In this document: piece after piece, positions 9,359-18,259 of the stretch
How positions within the stretch are numbered: the stretch's first letter is position 1
Layout: each line of letters starts with the position of its first letter
DNA from: Gammaproteobacteria bacterium
GTDB taxonomy: Bacteria; Actinomycetota; Acidimicrobiia; Spongiisociales; UBA4744
Direction of reading: 5' to 3'
DNA length: 64,000 nucleotides
Assembly (NCBI GenBank): GCA_011682695.1
Contig: JAACED010000005.1
Coordinates: 2,488-66,487 of the forward strand
Translations under genes and position numbers: made by a program
Notes under the pieces: model-generated
Told to the model about the DNA's origin: nothing
Databases searched by the model: none
What the model saw: only the letters and a program-made list of their open reading frames with translations

Positions 9359-10570
9359 ATGGGTTTTCGACAGTATCCGACGAGCGATGCGAACTACGAC
9401 GCATACGGCACGTACATCTCTCCCGGGAAAGTGGCGCTGTATCGTCAACTGGAACTCGGTCTGGTGATGGGATCCAGGGATGGGGCCGTCTTCACGGACG
9501 CCTACGAGGGAACCCGACTCTACAACTGCCACTGCAACGGCGGTGTCTTCAATCTCGGCCACAGGAATCCGCGCGTCCTCAGCGCCGTTCGCACTGCGTT
9601 GGACTCGTTCGATATTGGGAATCATCACCTCATCTCCGGGATGAGAGCCAGGCTCGCGGAGCGGCTCGCTGCAACGACCGGCGGTGCGTTGTCCGGTGTG
9701 ATCTTTGGCGTGGGAGGAGGAGAAGGGATCGATCTTGCCCTGAAAGCGGTTCGAGGAGTGACCGGTCGACAGAAGATCGTTTCTGCGAAAGGCGGCTACC
9801 ACGGGCATACGGGGCTTTCCGTGGCAGCCGGTGATCCCGAATACCGTACCCCGTTCGGCCCGAACCTTCCCGGCTTCGTACAGGTCCCATTCGACGATAT
9901 CGATGCGCTTGTCACCGAGGTCGATTCCGACACTGCCGCGGTGCTGCTCGAGCCGGTGCCGGCGACCCTCGGCATGCCGATTGCAGCCGATGGCTACTTC
10001 GCATCCGTTGCAGAGCTCGTGAACTCCAGAGGCGCTCTCCTGGTGCTCGATGAAGTGCAGACGGGGCTTGGTCGGACGGGAACCATGTGGTGCTATCAGC
10101 AACTCGACGTCGTCCCGGACATCCTCGTCACGGGAAAAGGGTTGAGCGGAGGGATCTATCCGATCAGCGCCACCTTGATGAGCCCCGCGGTGTTCTCTTT
10201 CTTCGACGAGCTGCCGTTTGTGCACCTCTCCACCTTCGGCGGGGCGGAACCGGGATGTGCAGCCGCTCTCGAGGTCTTGGATATCGTCGAGACACCCGGC
10301 TTTCTCGACCGTGTACTGGAGCTTGCCGAACGCTTCCGAGCCGGACTCTCCGGTCTGCCTTTCGAACTCCGACAGCGAGGGATGATGATGGGGCTGGTCT
10401 TCCCCGCGTCCAATGCGGCCGTGATGGCCGCCAAGATGTTCTTCGACGCCGGCGTCTTCGTCGTGTGGGCCGAGAACGATCGTTCGGTACTGCAGTTCCT
10501 TCCGCCACTGATCCTCGGCGATGAGGAAGCCGACGACATCATCGCTCGCGTGCGGGGAATCTTCACATGA
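9359..10570 (+). CDS. Class III PLP-dependent aminotransferase
   Basis: 403 aa; DEVQTGLGRTG and surrounding fold-type I class III signature. The substrate is unknown. Confidence 0.85.
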   Translation: MGFRQYPTSDANYDAYGTYISPGKVALYRQLELGLVMGSRDGAVFTDAYEGTRLYNCHCNGGVFNLGHRNPRVLSAVRTALDSFDIGNHHLISGMRARLAERLAATTGGALSGVIFGVGGGEGIDLALKAVRGVTGRQKIVSAKGGYHGHTGLSVAAGDPEYRTPFGPNLPGFVQVPFDDIDALVTEVDSDTAAVLLEPVPATLGMPIAADGYFASVAELVNSRGALLVLDEVQTGLGRTGTMWCYQQLDVVPDILVTGKGLSGGIYPISATLMSPAVFSFFDELPFVHLSTFGGAEPGCAAALEVLDIVETPGFLDRVLELAERFRAGLSGLPFELRQRGMMMGLVFPASNAAVMAAKMFFDAGVFVVWAENDRSVLQFLPPLILGDEEADDIIARVRGIFT

Positions 10571-11460
10571 GCCTCGAACCTGTCCGGGTCGACGACCTGG
10601 AAGTATTGGAAGAACGATTCCAGAAAGCCTTCGCCACGGGCCACGCCGAAGGACTCGATGTCATCGGGTATGGAGAGATCACCAGTGTCGTGGCCTGGGC
10701 CGGATCCGATGGCATGGTTGCAGCAAAACGGTTGCCGACCTTTCGGGCCGGTGAAGGAGTGGAAGCGTATCTCGCCCTTCTCGAGGACTATCTGACAGGG
10801 TTGCGGGCCGCCGATGTCTCAGTCGTGCCAACGTCGTTTCAGACGCTCAGGCTCGACGGTCGAGATGTCGCCGTGTACCTGGTACAACCGTTGCTCTCGC
10901 CCGAGAACGTCGGACACGCTTATCTCAGAGGTGCTACGGAGCAACAGGCCGTCCGTCTCTTCGACCGTGTCTTCGAAAGGACCGAGGCGGCCATCGGCGC
11001 CCGGATCGGGATCGATGCGCAGATCTCGAACTGGGCGGTAGACGGGGATGACTTGGTCTATTTCGACGTTACGACGCCGCTTCTGAAAGATGACCATGGG
11101 GTCGACCGGATCGATGTGGATATCTTCCTGGCGTCACTGCCCTGGGCTCTTCGGGGGATCGTGAAGCGGTTTCTCGTGGTGGGGATCATCGAAGACTACT
11201 TCGATGTCCGTACGACCATCCTCAATCTGGTCGCGCAGTTCCACAAGGAACGGCTCATCTCACTCATTCCACTGGCTCTCGAGCGGGCAAACCGCAGGCT
11301 GTCGGATCCCATCGGTGCGGATGAGGTCAAGCGGTACTACGGGAGCGATGCTCGAATGTGGGAGCTCCTGCAGCGTCTTCGTAGGATCGACCGGTGGTGG
11401 CATCACAAAGTCCGCCGGCGTCCGTATCCGTTCCTGTTGCCCGGCAAGATCGATCGTTGA
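10567..11460 (+). CDS. Hypothetical protein with possible protein-kinase-like fold (Gly-rich loop IGYGEITSV, VAAKRL, DGDDLVYFD)
   Basis: 297-aa ORF whose ATG overlaps the aminotransferase stop (ATGA). No confident family assignment. Confidence 0.55.
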   Translation: MSLEPVRVDDLEVLEERFQKAFATGHAEGLDVIGYGEITSVVAWAGSDGMVAAKRLPTFRAGEGVEAYLALLEDYLTGLRAADVSVVPTSFQTLRLDGRDVAVYLVQPLLSPENVGHAYLRGATEQQAVRLFDRVFERTEAAIGARIGIDAQISNWAVDGDDLVYFDVTTPLLKDDHGVDRIDVDIFLASLPWALRGIVKRFLVVGIIEDYFDVRTTILNLVAQFHKERLISLIPLALERANRRLSDPIGADEVKRYYGSDARMWELLQRLRRIDRWWHHKVRRRPYPFLLPGKIDR

Positions 11461-13064
11461 TGAGAACCACGACCGGGGTCGTGTTCCCTCTGGGCATCGC
11501 CGCCGCCGTGTTGCTCGTCGGTGCATGTGCACCGGAGGCATCCGAACCTGTCCGGTCGTCGCCCGAGACCCGGGCTCCGACGGCTTCGACCACCACAACC
11601 TCCACGCCTCCAGCCATGACGGCCGTCACAGTGACCTCGACGACCTCGACGACGATCACTACGCCGGAGACGACACGGCGTCCCACCATCCGCATCGCGA
11701 TGGTTGGTGACGTCATGCTCGGCCGTGGTCTCTCGCGCATCGTTCGGAACGACCCGCAGAGCATCTTCGAAGATGTGCGATTCGTCCTGTCGGACGTGGA
11801 TATCGCCGGGGCGAACATGGAGTCGCCGTTGACGAATCGGCCTCACATCGCACTCAACCCGTACGCGCTCGAGGCGAGGCCGGAGACGGCCGGGCTGCTC
11901 GCCGCGGCGGGTTTCGATGTCCTGTCGGTCGCGAACAACCATGCGGGTGACGCAGGGCGGGCATCGGTGATCGATAGCGTCGAAGCGATCAATGACGCCG
12001 GGATGCAGGCGGTCGGTGGCGGGGTGAACCTGAGCGAAGCCGTGCGGCCGGTCATCGTGGAGGTGCGAGGGCTTCGTGTGGGGTTCCTCGCATTCGATGC
12101 GACGAGGGCGGGTACTCCGGCGAGTGAGAATCGGGCGGGCATCGCACCGTGGGACGACGAGACGGTTCGTGCCGCAGTGACAGGACTGCGTCCCTGGGTC
12201 GATCTGCTCGTAGTGGCCGTGCACGGCGGGGTCGAGTATCGCACGTGGACCGACCCGCACATGGCAGCGCTTGCAGAGGAACTCAGCGGCTGGGGCGTCG
12301 ACGTGGTGTGGGGGAGTGGGCCACATGTCGTCCAACCCGTCTTCCTGATCGATGGTGCACGACCGACCGTGGTGGCGACGAGTCTCGGCAACTTCCTCTT
12401 CGACCAGGGTGATTCCGCGACAAAGGTGGGGGCGATCCTCGAGGTCCTTGCCGACGCCGACGGTGTCGTCGCGTACCGGGTAGCGACGGTCCAGCACCGT
12501 GACCGGCGGGTGCATTTCGACCAGTGGGACGACCCAGACGGTGACGCGGCGATGCTCGGCACCGAATGGTGGAGCCTCGGCCGCGGTTTCGAACCCCTCG
12601 AGCCCGACGAGCCCGGGGATCTCGAGCGGTTCCGGTGGGGTGATGTGGTCGACGCGACTCGAGGCGACGTGGACGGTGACGGGAGGGATGAGATCGTCGT
12701 GGCGTTCCGCCGGCCTTATCAGGAGAACCCGGTGAACGCACTGTTCCCCGATAGGCCGTGGGCCGACGTGTTGGGACGCAGCGCCCACATCGGTGTGTTT
12801 CGAGCCTCGGATCTCGAGCCCGAATGGATCGCGGGAACCCTGTTCCGACCCGTCAGACGGGTCGTGGCATGCGACGGAAGCCTTGCCGTCGGATACGGCT
12901 CGGACGAGACGGACGGTGTCGTGGCGTCTGGAGCGTGGCGGTGGCGTGGGTTCAGTTTTCTCATCGCTCCGACCTTGGATCGCGATGCCGCGCTCGGGTG
13001 CGCGGATATCGATGGTGATGGTCGAACGGACCCGATCCTGTTCAGTAGACCGGGAACTCCATGA
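11460..13064 (+). CDS. CapA/PGA_cap family metallophosphatase-like lipoprotein with Thr/Ser-rich linker and C-terminal FG-GAP/VCBS-like Asp-rich repeats
   Basis: Start ATG overlaps the previous stop (TGATG). Lipobox LLVGACAP. CapA core (IAMVGDVMLGR...ANNHAGD...VAVHGGVEY). C-terminal DVDGDGRDE / DIDGDGRTD repeats. Confidence 0.75.
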   Translation: MRTTTGVVFPLGIAAAVLLVGACAPEASEPVRSSPETRAPTASTTTTSTPPAMTAVTVTSTTSTTITTPETTRRPTIRIAMVGDVMLGRGLSRIVRNDPQSIFEDVRFVLSDVDIAGANMESPLTNRPHIALNPYALEARPETAGLLAAAGFDVLSVANNHAGDAGRASVIDSVEAINDAGMQAVGGGVNLSEAVRPVIVEVRGLRVGFLAFDATRAGTPASENRAGIAPWDDETVRAAVTGLRPWVDLLVVAVHGGVEYRTWTDPHMAALAEELSGWGVDVVWGSGPHVVQPVFLIDGARPTVVATSLGNFLFDQGDSATKVGAILEVLADADGVVAYRVATVQHRDRRVHFDQWDDPDGDAAMLGTEWWSLGRGFEPLEPDEPGDLERFRWGDVVDATRGDVDGDGRDEIVVAFRRPYQENPVNALFPDRPWADVLGRSAHIGVFRASDLEPEWIAGTLFRPVRRVVACDGSLAVGYGSDETDGVVASGAWRWRGFSFLIAPTLDRDAALGCADIDGDGRTDPILFSRPGTP

Positions 13065-15287
13065 CCGGTCGTGTCGTTCTACAATCCCGAGGGGGGAAGA
13101 TCGTGCGAACGTTCGCGGCAATCGTCGTCATTGCTCTTTTCGTGGTGGCGTGTACGAGTGGCTCTGAGGCTCCGACGACCTCTGCGGCCGTGTCGACATC
13201 GACATCGACATCGACGTCCGCGCATCCGAGCACGACCACGTCCGCGCATCCGAGCACCACCCCGTCCACGGCCCCCGTCGCCGACGCGACCCTCACCGTT
13301 CAGCAGCAGCCTCGGTCGCTGAGCCCGTTCGCCGGGTACACGCTGGTTCCGATGGACGAGGCAGGCACCTATCCGGGCCCTGCCTGGCCGACATCGCTCG
13401 ATGGTGTCGTGATCTCGCCGGAAGCCGAGTACCTCGTCGGGCGGCCCGAGGCTGCACGGGCACTCACCGATCACGGTTTCGTCGTCGTACCGGGCTACGC
13501 GGCGCTCTTCCAGGATGTCTACGCGCAGGCGCCCTACGACAACCACGCGATTTTCGTGACCACCGACGCCGGCTACCACGTTCTTCATCTTGCCTTCAGC
13601 AAGGTGCTGCGTGACACCGAGCAGAACTCCCTCCTCCCAGTGCTCGAAGATCTCGTCACCCGCTCGGTCGCCGCCGCCCGAGGCCAGGCGGCAGCACTCG
13701 CAGGCACGGGCCAGGCGGACCAGGCGTCGCGAGTCGCGCAGCTCTTCGAAGCGGCAGCGGTGCTGCTCGGTCTCGACGTCGGGCCGGTCGGCCCGCTTGC
13801 AGACCAGGAGGTCGGCCTTGCCACCGAAGCGGCGCAGATGACCACGTCGCCGATCACCGGCTTCGCCGCATGCAATCGAACGCAGTCGCCACGCGGGTGT
13901 GTCGACTACAGCCTGTTCAAACCCAGAGGTCATTACACGCGCAACGAGGATCTCGAGCGGTATTTCCGGGCGATGTCGCTTGTCGGGCAGGAAGGCGCAT
14001 CATTCGTCGCCGGGATGGACGGCGACACTCCGGTCGTCGACGAACCGTCGATGCAGTTCGCCCTCCTTGTCGTCCGGGCGATGCAGGCGGACCCGGTTAT
14101 CGAGCAGGACTGGCGGCTCCTCTACGAACCTACTGCGTTCATGGTCGGCATGGCCGACGACTACACGCCGTTCGAGCTCGCAGCAGTCGCCGTAGCGGTC
14201 GCCGGAGACCGGTGGTCGACCGACGATTTCGCCGACACCGGCCTCCTGCAGACCGTCGGGGGGAAACTGCTCGCGACCCGTGCGGTTGGAATCAATCCGG
14301 AGGCGGCGTCGGTCCGCATCATGGGAGCACGGTTCGTCATCGATTCGTAGATTCTCGACCAGCTCGCCTGGCCGAACGTCGGAAAGGAGCCGCCGGTGAA
14401 ACGACGTGTGTACGTGTCGCCGCTCGACGTCGCCGCGACATTCGATTCCAATCTGGCGCTCGGCATCCAACGACAGGCGGGCGAGGACCGGTACCTGCAC
14501 TATGAGGACCAGATGGCCGCCATGCGCGAACTCGTCTCTGTACGTGCGGAAGACGACTGGGCCGCGACCGTATATGACGCGTGGTTGTCTGCCCTCCAGC
14601 CGGTGTGGCGTGAGCACGGTGACGCATTCCCGCCGTTCATGCGCAACGACGCCTGGACCGCGAAGGACCTCCAGACGGGCCTCGGGTCGTACACGGAGCT
14701 GAAGCACGACACGATCCTCTACGCGAAACAGGAATTCGCCGCGGAGGGCGGCGGGGACTGGACCGAGCTACATCCGCGACACTGGGTCGAGCCGGATCCG
14801 GTCGCATTCGAGAGGATGTCGCAGGTCGCGGCGCTGCTCCAGAGCGGCCTGGCCGAGCGGGGCCATCAGCACCGAGGACAACGACTGGCTCGGTGGGGTC
14901 GGGTCCGCCATGGAAGGCCTCTGGTATGCCTCGTCGGACGCCGACCCCAAGACCGGGGCGGTCGCGTCGGGGGATTCTCGCGACGCCCTCATTGCGGACA
15001 TCGGACGGGCGTCTTTCGCGTATCTGGAGATCGGCACCGGGGTGATCGACCAGATCCTCGTCCTCGTCCCCGACGACGCCGGACGGTTCCAGGTGGCAAT
15101 CGGCGGCGTCTACTCGTACTACGAGTTCTGGCGCCCCGAAGAGCAGGGCCGCCTCACCGACGAGGAGTGGTGGAAGCTCCTCGACGACGGTCGTGCACCG
15201 GACCGGTCGGCGCCGATGATCTTGCCCGATCCGGATGACGGTGAGCGTCACCGTCCCGCCTGGCAGGCCGCATTCCTGGTGCCCTGA
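13061..15287 (+). pseudogene. Large secreted lipoprotein gene (about 740 codons) interrupted by an in-frame TAG (14348..14350) and a +/-1 frameshift near 14855..14865
   Basis: Three track ORFs (13061..14350, 14396..15238, 14910..15287) read as one continuous protein if the TAG is read through and one base is adjusted in a CGGGGCC run. Lipobox VVACTSG with a Ser/Thr linker. Family is uncertain (possibly DUF3160-like). Confidence 0.5.
13192..13262 (+). repeat. Coding tandem repeats in the lipoprotein linker: (ACATCG)n followed by a 24-nt direct duplication (GTCCGCGCATCCGAGCACNACC x2)
   Basis: Read directly. Encodes STSTSTS and SAHPSTTT/SAHPSTTP. Confidence 0.6.
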
Positions 15288-15616
15288 CCGGTATCCGCTC
15301 GAGAATGCCGGACGCGCAACGGCGTCGTGTGCCGTATGGGGCCGATCCATAGGAATGGTTTCACAAGCTCGCGAGAACCGGGTACCGTGATGGTCGCGGC
15401 CGGCCGTCCGGTTGGCTACCCTCCATCCGTGCCCGCTATACCCGTTGCCCCAGCGGGGGGTACGGTGAGCCTCCCAGCCCCGGACGGCTGCCGCATGAGC
15501 CGTTCTGGAGGAGTTCTGGCGAGCTACGCGACGCTGCTCACCGCCGACGATCAGATCGAGACGGCGCTACGGTTCTTGTGTCGAGGCAAGGATCTATTGC
15601 ATCGGAAGAGAGTCTG

Positions 15617-16279
15617 ATGACGCCCGATTTCACCCTGATCGATCAAGGGGGCAACCCGTGGACACTCTCGGAGCATCTCGACAGCGCCGTCGTGCTGCTC
15701 TTCCTGCGCGGTGACTGGTGACCGTACTGCAACGGCCAGCTGGTCAGTCTGGCATCACGATACGACGACCTACTCGCCGCCGGGGGTCGGATTGCCGTGA
15801 TCAGCGTCGACACCCCACAACAGCATGCTGCACTGATCGAGAAACTCGGGCTGCGCTTCCCGATGTTGTCCGATCCCGACCGCAGTCGAGCCATCAGGCC
15901 GTACGGGGTTGCCGACCACAAGGATGCCCGCAATATCGCCCGGCCCGCCTTCGTCATCGTCACTCCGCAAGGAGATGAGGTCGAGAGGCGGTTGTCGGGC
16001 GACTTCGCCGATCGTCCTACCGAGGACGAACTGATCGCCGCTGTCGGCAAGCTTGGGATGGCCCCGGTCGAAGCGGAGCCGATCGCACTCGGTCCGGCGT
16101 CTCCCGGCCCGAATGCGATGCCGGTCGCTGCCATGGAGCCGTACTATCGGGGAGCGAAGTTCGCCGTCACCGCAATGCGGTTGCGACATCCCGAATTGGA
16201 GGAGGAGGCGAAGCGCTACATCGACGAACTCGACCGTTACATCGAAGCCGTGCGCGACCTCAAGAGGTCCAACGGCTGA
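15617..16279 (+). CDS. Candidate selenoprotein: peroxiredoxin/redoxin (AhpC-TSA, thioredoxin-fold) family with in-frame TGA (15719..15721) at the first position of a W-U-P-Y-C redox motif
   Basis: Contiguous reading from ATG 15617 gives MTPDFTLIDQGGNPWTLSEHLDSAVVLLFLRGDW-TGA-PYCNGQLVSL...FPMLSDPDRSRAIRPYGV... This runs in frame into the track ORF 15797..16279. The Prx-like motifs (FTLxD, VVLxF, FPxLSD...YGV) flank the TGA. An RBS-like GGAAGAGAG lies upstream. Confidence 0.6.
15735..15753 (+). promoter_or_regulatory. Candidate bacterial SECIS-like hairpin (GCCAG-CUGGUCAGU-CUGGC) 13 nt downstream of the UGA
   Basis: 5-bp GC-rich stem with a 9-nt loop containing GGU. Position is compatible with bSECIS spacing. 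Not folded computationally. Confidence 0.3.
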
Positions 16280-16287
16280 CAGGGGGG

Positions 16288-18237
16288 ATGATGGACAAGA
16301 CAGCCTGGAGGAAGCTCGACATCGGTGACCTGGCCGTGGGCCGGGTTACAACGGTGATCGTCGAAGGCCGTGCTCTGGCCGTGAGCCGCACCGAGTCCGG
16401 TTGGGGAGTACTCGACAACCGTTGTCCGCATCAAGGGGGTCCACTCGGCGACGGAGAGATCGAAGGTCCGTACCTGCTCTGTCCCTGGCACGGCTACGAG
16501 TACGACCCTGTCACCGGCGAGCCGCCGGCAGGGTTCAGCGATGTCGCCACCTGCTATCGCCTCGAGGAACGCGACGGCGGCCTGTACGTCGAGCTTCCCG
16601 TCCCTTCCGCGCAGCCGACCCTGATGGACCAGATGGTCGATGTCATGACCGGGTGGGGCGTGGACACGGTGTTCGGAATGGTCGGTCATTCCAATCTCGG
16701 GCTTGCCGACGCTCTGCGAAGGGCCGAACAAGACGAGCGCCTGCGGTACATTGGGATCCGGCATGAGGGCGCGGCTGCCTTCGCGGCTTCTGCCTACGGC
16801 AAACTGACCGGCCGCCCCGCAGCCTGCTTTTCGATCGCCGGGCCGGGAGCAACGAACCTGTTGACGGGCCTATGGGACGCAAAGGTCGACCGTGCACCGA
16901 TTCTGGCACTCACCGGACAGGTGCAGACCCAGGTGCTGGGCCCGGGAGCCTTCCAGGAGGTCCCGCTCACCGAAGCGTTCGCGGCCGTCGCCAACTTCAG
17001 TCAGACGGTGCTCGTACCCGACAACGCGACGGAGTTGATGGCGCTCGCCCTCAAACATGCGCTGGTCGAGCGCGGTGTCGCCCATCTCGTGTTCCCAGAT
17101 GAAGTGCAAAGCCTGCCGGGCCTGAGCGAACCGCCGGAGCGACTGCGAACCGGACGGGTCGCGTTCGACGGGATCGCGCCGCCGAAAGAGGAACTGTCGA
17201 GGGCGGTCGACCTCCTCGAAGGCGCTCAGCGGCCGGTGATCATCGCCGGAAACGGGGCACGCCAGGCTCGCCGGCTGGTGATCGAGCTTGCGGAACACAT
17301 CGATGTACCCGTGATCACGACGTTTCGTGCCAAGGGTCTCATTGGTGATGACCACCCATTGGGGGGCGGTGTGGTGGGGCGCTCGGGCACACCCATCGCT
17401 TCTGCGCTGATGGCGCGAGCGGATGCCCTGCTGGTCCTCGGTGCATCGTTCTCGAACCATTCGGGTATCGCGACATGGGTGCCGACCATCCAAGTCGATT
17501 TCGATCGCATGACCCTGGGCAAGTTCCATCCCGTCGACGTCCCGATCTGGGGTGAGATCGGGCGGACGCTCGAGCTCCTGAAGGGGGCGCTGTCACCGGT
17601 TGATCGTCCCGAGCAACGCGCCACGGTCGAACTCAAGCGGACCAGGTGGCGCGAGGAGACCGTGCGAAGAGCCGCCATGACTGACGAGTCCGGCCGTATG
17701 CATCCGGCCCGCGTATTCACCACCCTGTCCGGGCTGGTGCCTACGGACGCGGTGATCTCTGTCGACGTCGGCAACAACACCTACGCGTTCGGTCACTACT
17801 TCGAGGCGAAAGGAGGCCAGGATGTTCTCATGTCCGGCTACCTGGGGTCGATCGGCTTCGGTTTCCCGGGTGCAATGGGGGCGTGGGCCGCAACACGTGG
17901 CACCAACCGCAAAGTGATCTCGGTCTCTGGAGACGGAGGCTTCGGCCAGTACCTCGCCGAGTTCACCACCGCCGTGAGGTACGGGATGCCGATTACCCAC
18001 GTGCTGCTGAACAACGACGAGCTGGGCAAGATCAGCAGGGAGCAGATCGGTGCGGTGCGGCCGGTGTGGCAGACGTCGCTGGTCAATCCCGATTTCGCCG
18101 AGTACGCGCGCCTATGTGGTGGGCGGGGATTCAGGGCCGACGATCCTGCCGACCTGGAAGCCGTGTTCTCGGAGGCACTCGCCGTCTCCAATGGACCATC
18201 ACTGGTCGAGGTCACCGTCTCTGCGCTCGACGTCTGA
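16288..18237 (+). CDS. Rieske [2Fe-2S] domain fused to a thiamine-diphosphate-dependent enzyme (acetolactate-synthase/pyruvate-oxidase-like)
   Basis: N-terminus CPHQGGPL...CPWHGYEYD (Rieske CxH...CxxH). The remainder has ThDP-enzyme Pyr, central and PP domains (GDGGF...NN). Confidence 0.8.
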   Translation: MMDKTAWRKLDIGDLAVGRVTTVIVEGRALAVSRTESGWGVLDNRCPHQGGPLGDGEIEGPYLLCPWHGYEYDPVTGEPPAGFSDVATCYRLEERDGGLYVELPVPSAQPTLMDQMVDVMTGWGVDTVFGMVGHSNLGLADALRRAEQDERLRYIGIRHEGAAAFAASAYGKLTGRPAACFSIAGPGATNLLTGLWDAKVDRAPILALTGQVQTQVLGPGAFQEVPLTEAFAAVANFSQTVLVPDNATELMALALKHALVERGVAHLVFPDEVQSLPGLSEPPERLRTGRVAFDGIAPPKEELSRAVDLLEGAQRPVIIAGNGARQARRLVIELAEHIDVPVITTFRAKGLIGDDHPLGGGVVGRSGTPIASALMARADALLVLGASFSNHSGIATWVPTIQVDFDRMTLGKFHPVDVPIWGEIGRTLELLKGALSPVDRPEQRATVELKRTRWREETVRRAAMTDESGRMHPARVFTTLSGLVPTDAVISVDVGNNTYAFGHYFEAKGGQDVLMSGYLGSIGFGFPGAMGAWAATRGTNRKVISVSGDGGFGQYLAEFTTAVRYGMPITHVLLNNDELGKISREQIGAVRPVWQTSLVNPDFAEYARLCGGRGFRADDPADLEAVFSEALAVSNGPSLVEVTVSALDV

Positions 18238-18259
18238 GTTCGGGCCTATCCTTTCGACG

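Noticed and set aside
11403-13121. 572-aa minus-strand ORF covering the CapA gene
   Set aside because: Extremely Arg/His/Asp-rich low-complexity translation. Antisense to a motif-bearing CapA gene.
14348-14350. In-frame TAG as a possible pyrrolysine codon
   Set aside because: No Pyl machinery context. The same gene also carries a frameshift, so a pseudogene or sequencing error is more parsimonious than recoding.
15327-15617. 96-aa ORF in the intergenic region upstream of the candidate selenoprotein
   Set aside because: Pro/Gly/Arg-rich, no RBS, and it ends exactly at the downstream gene start. Likely non-coding promoter region.
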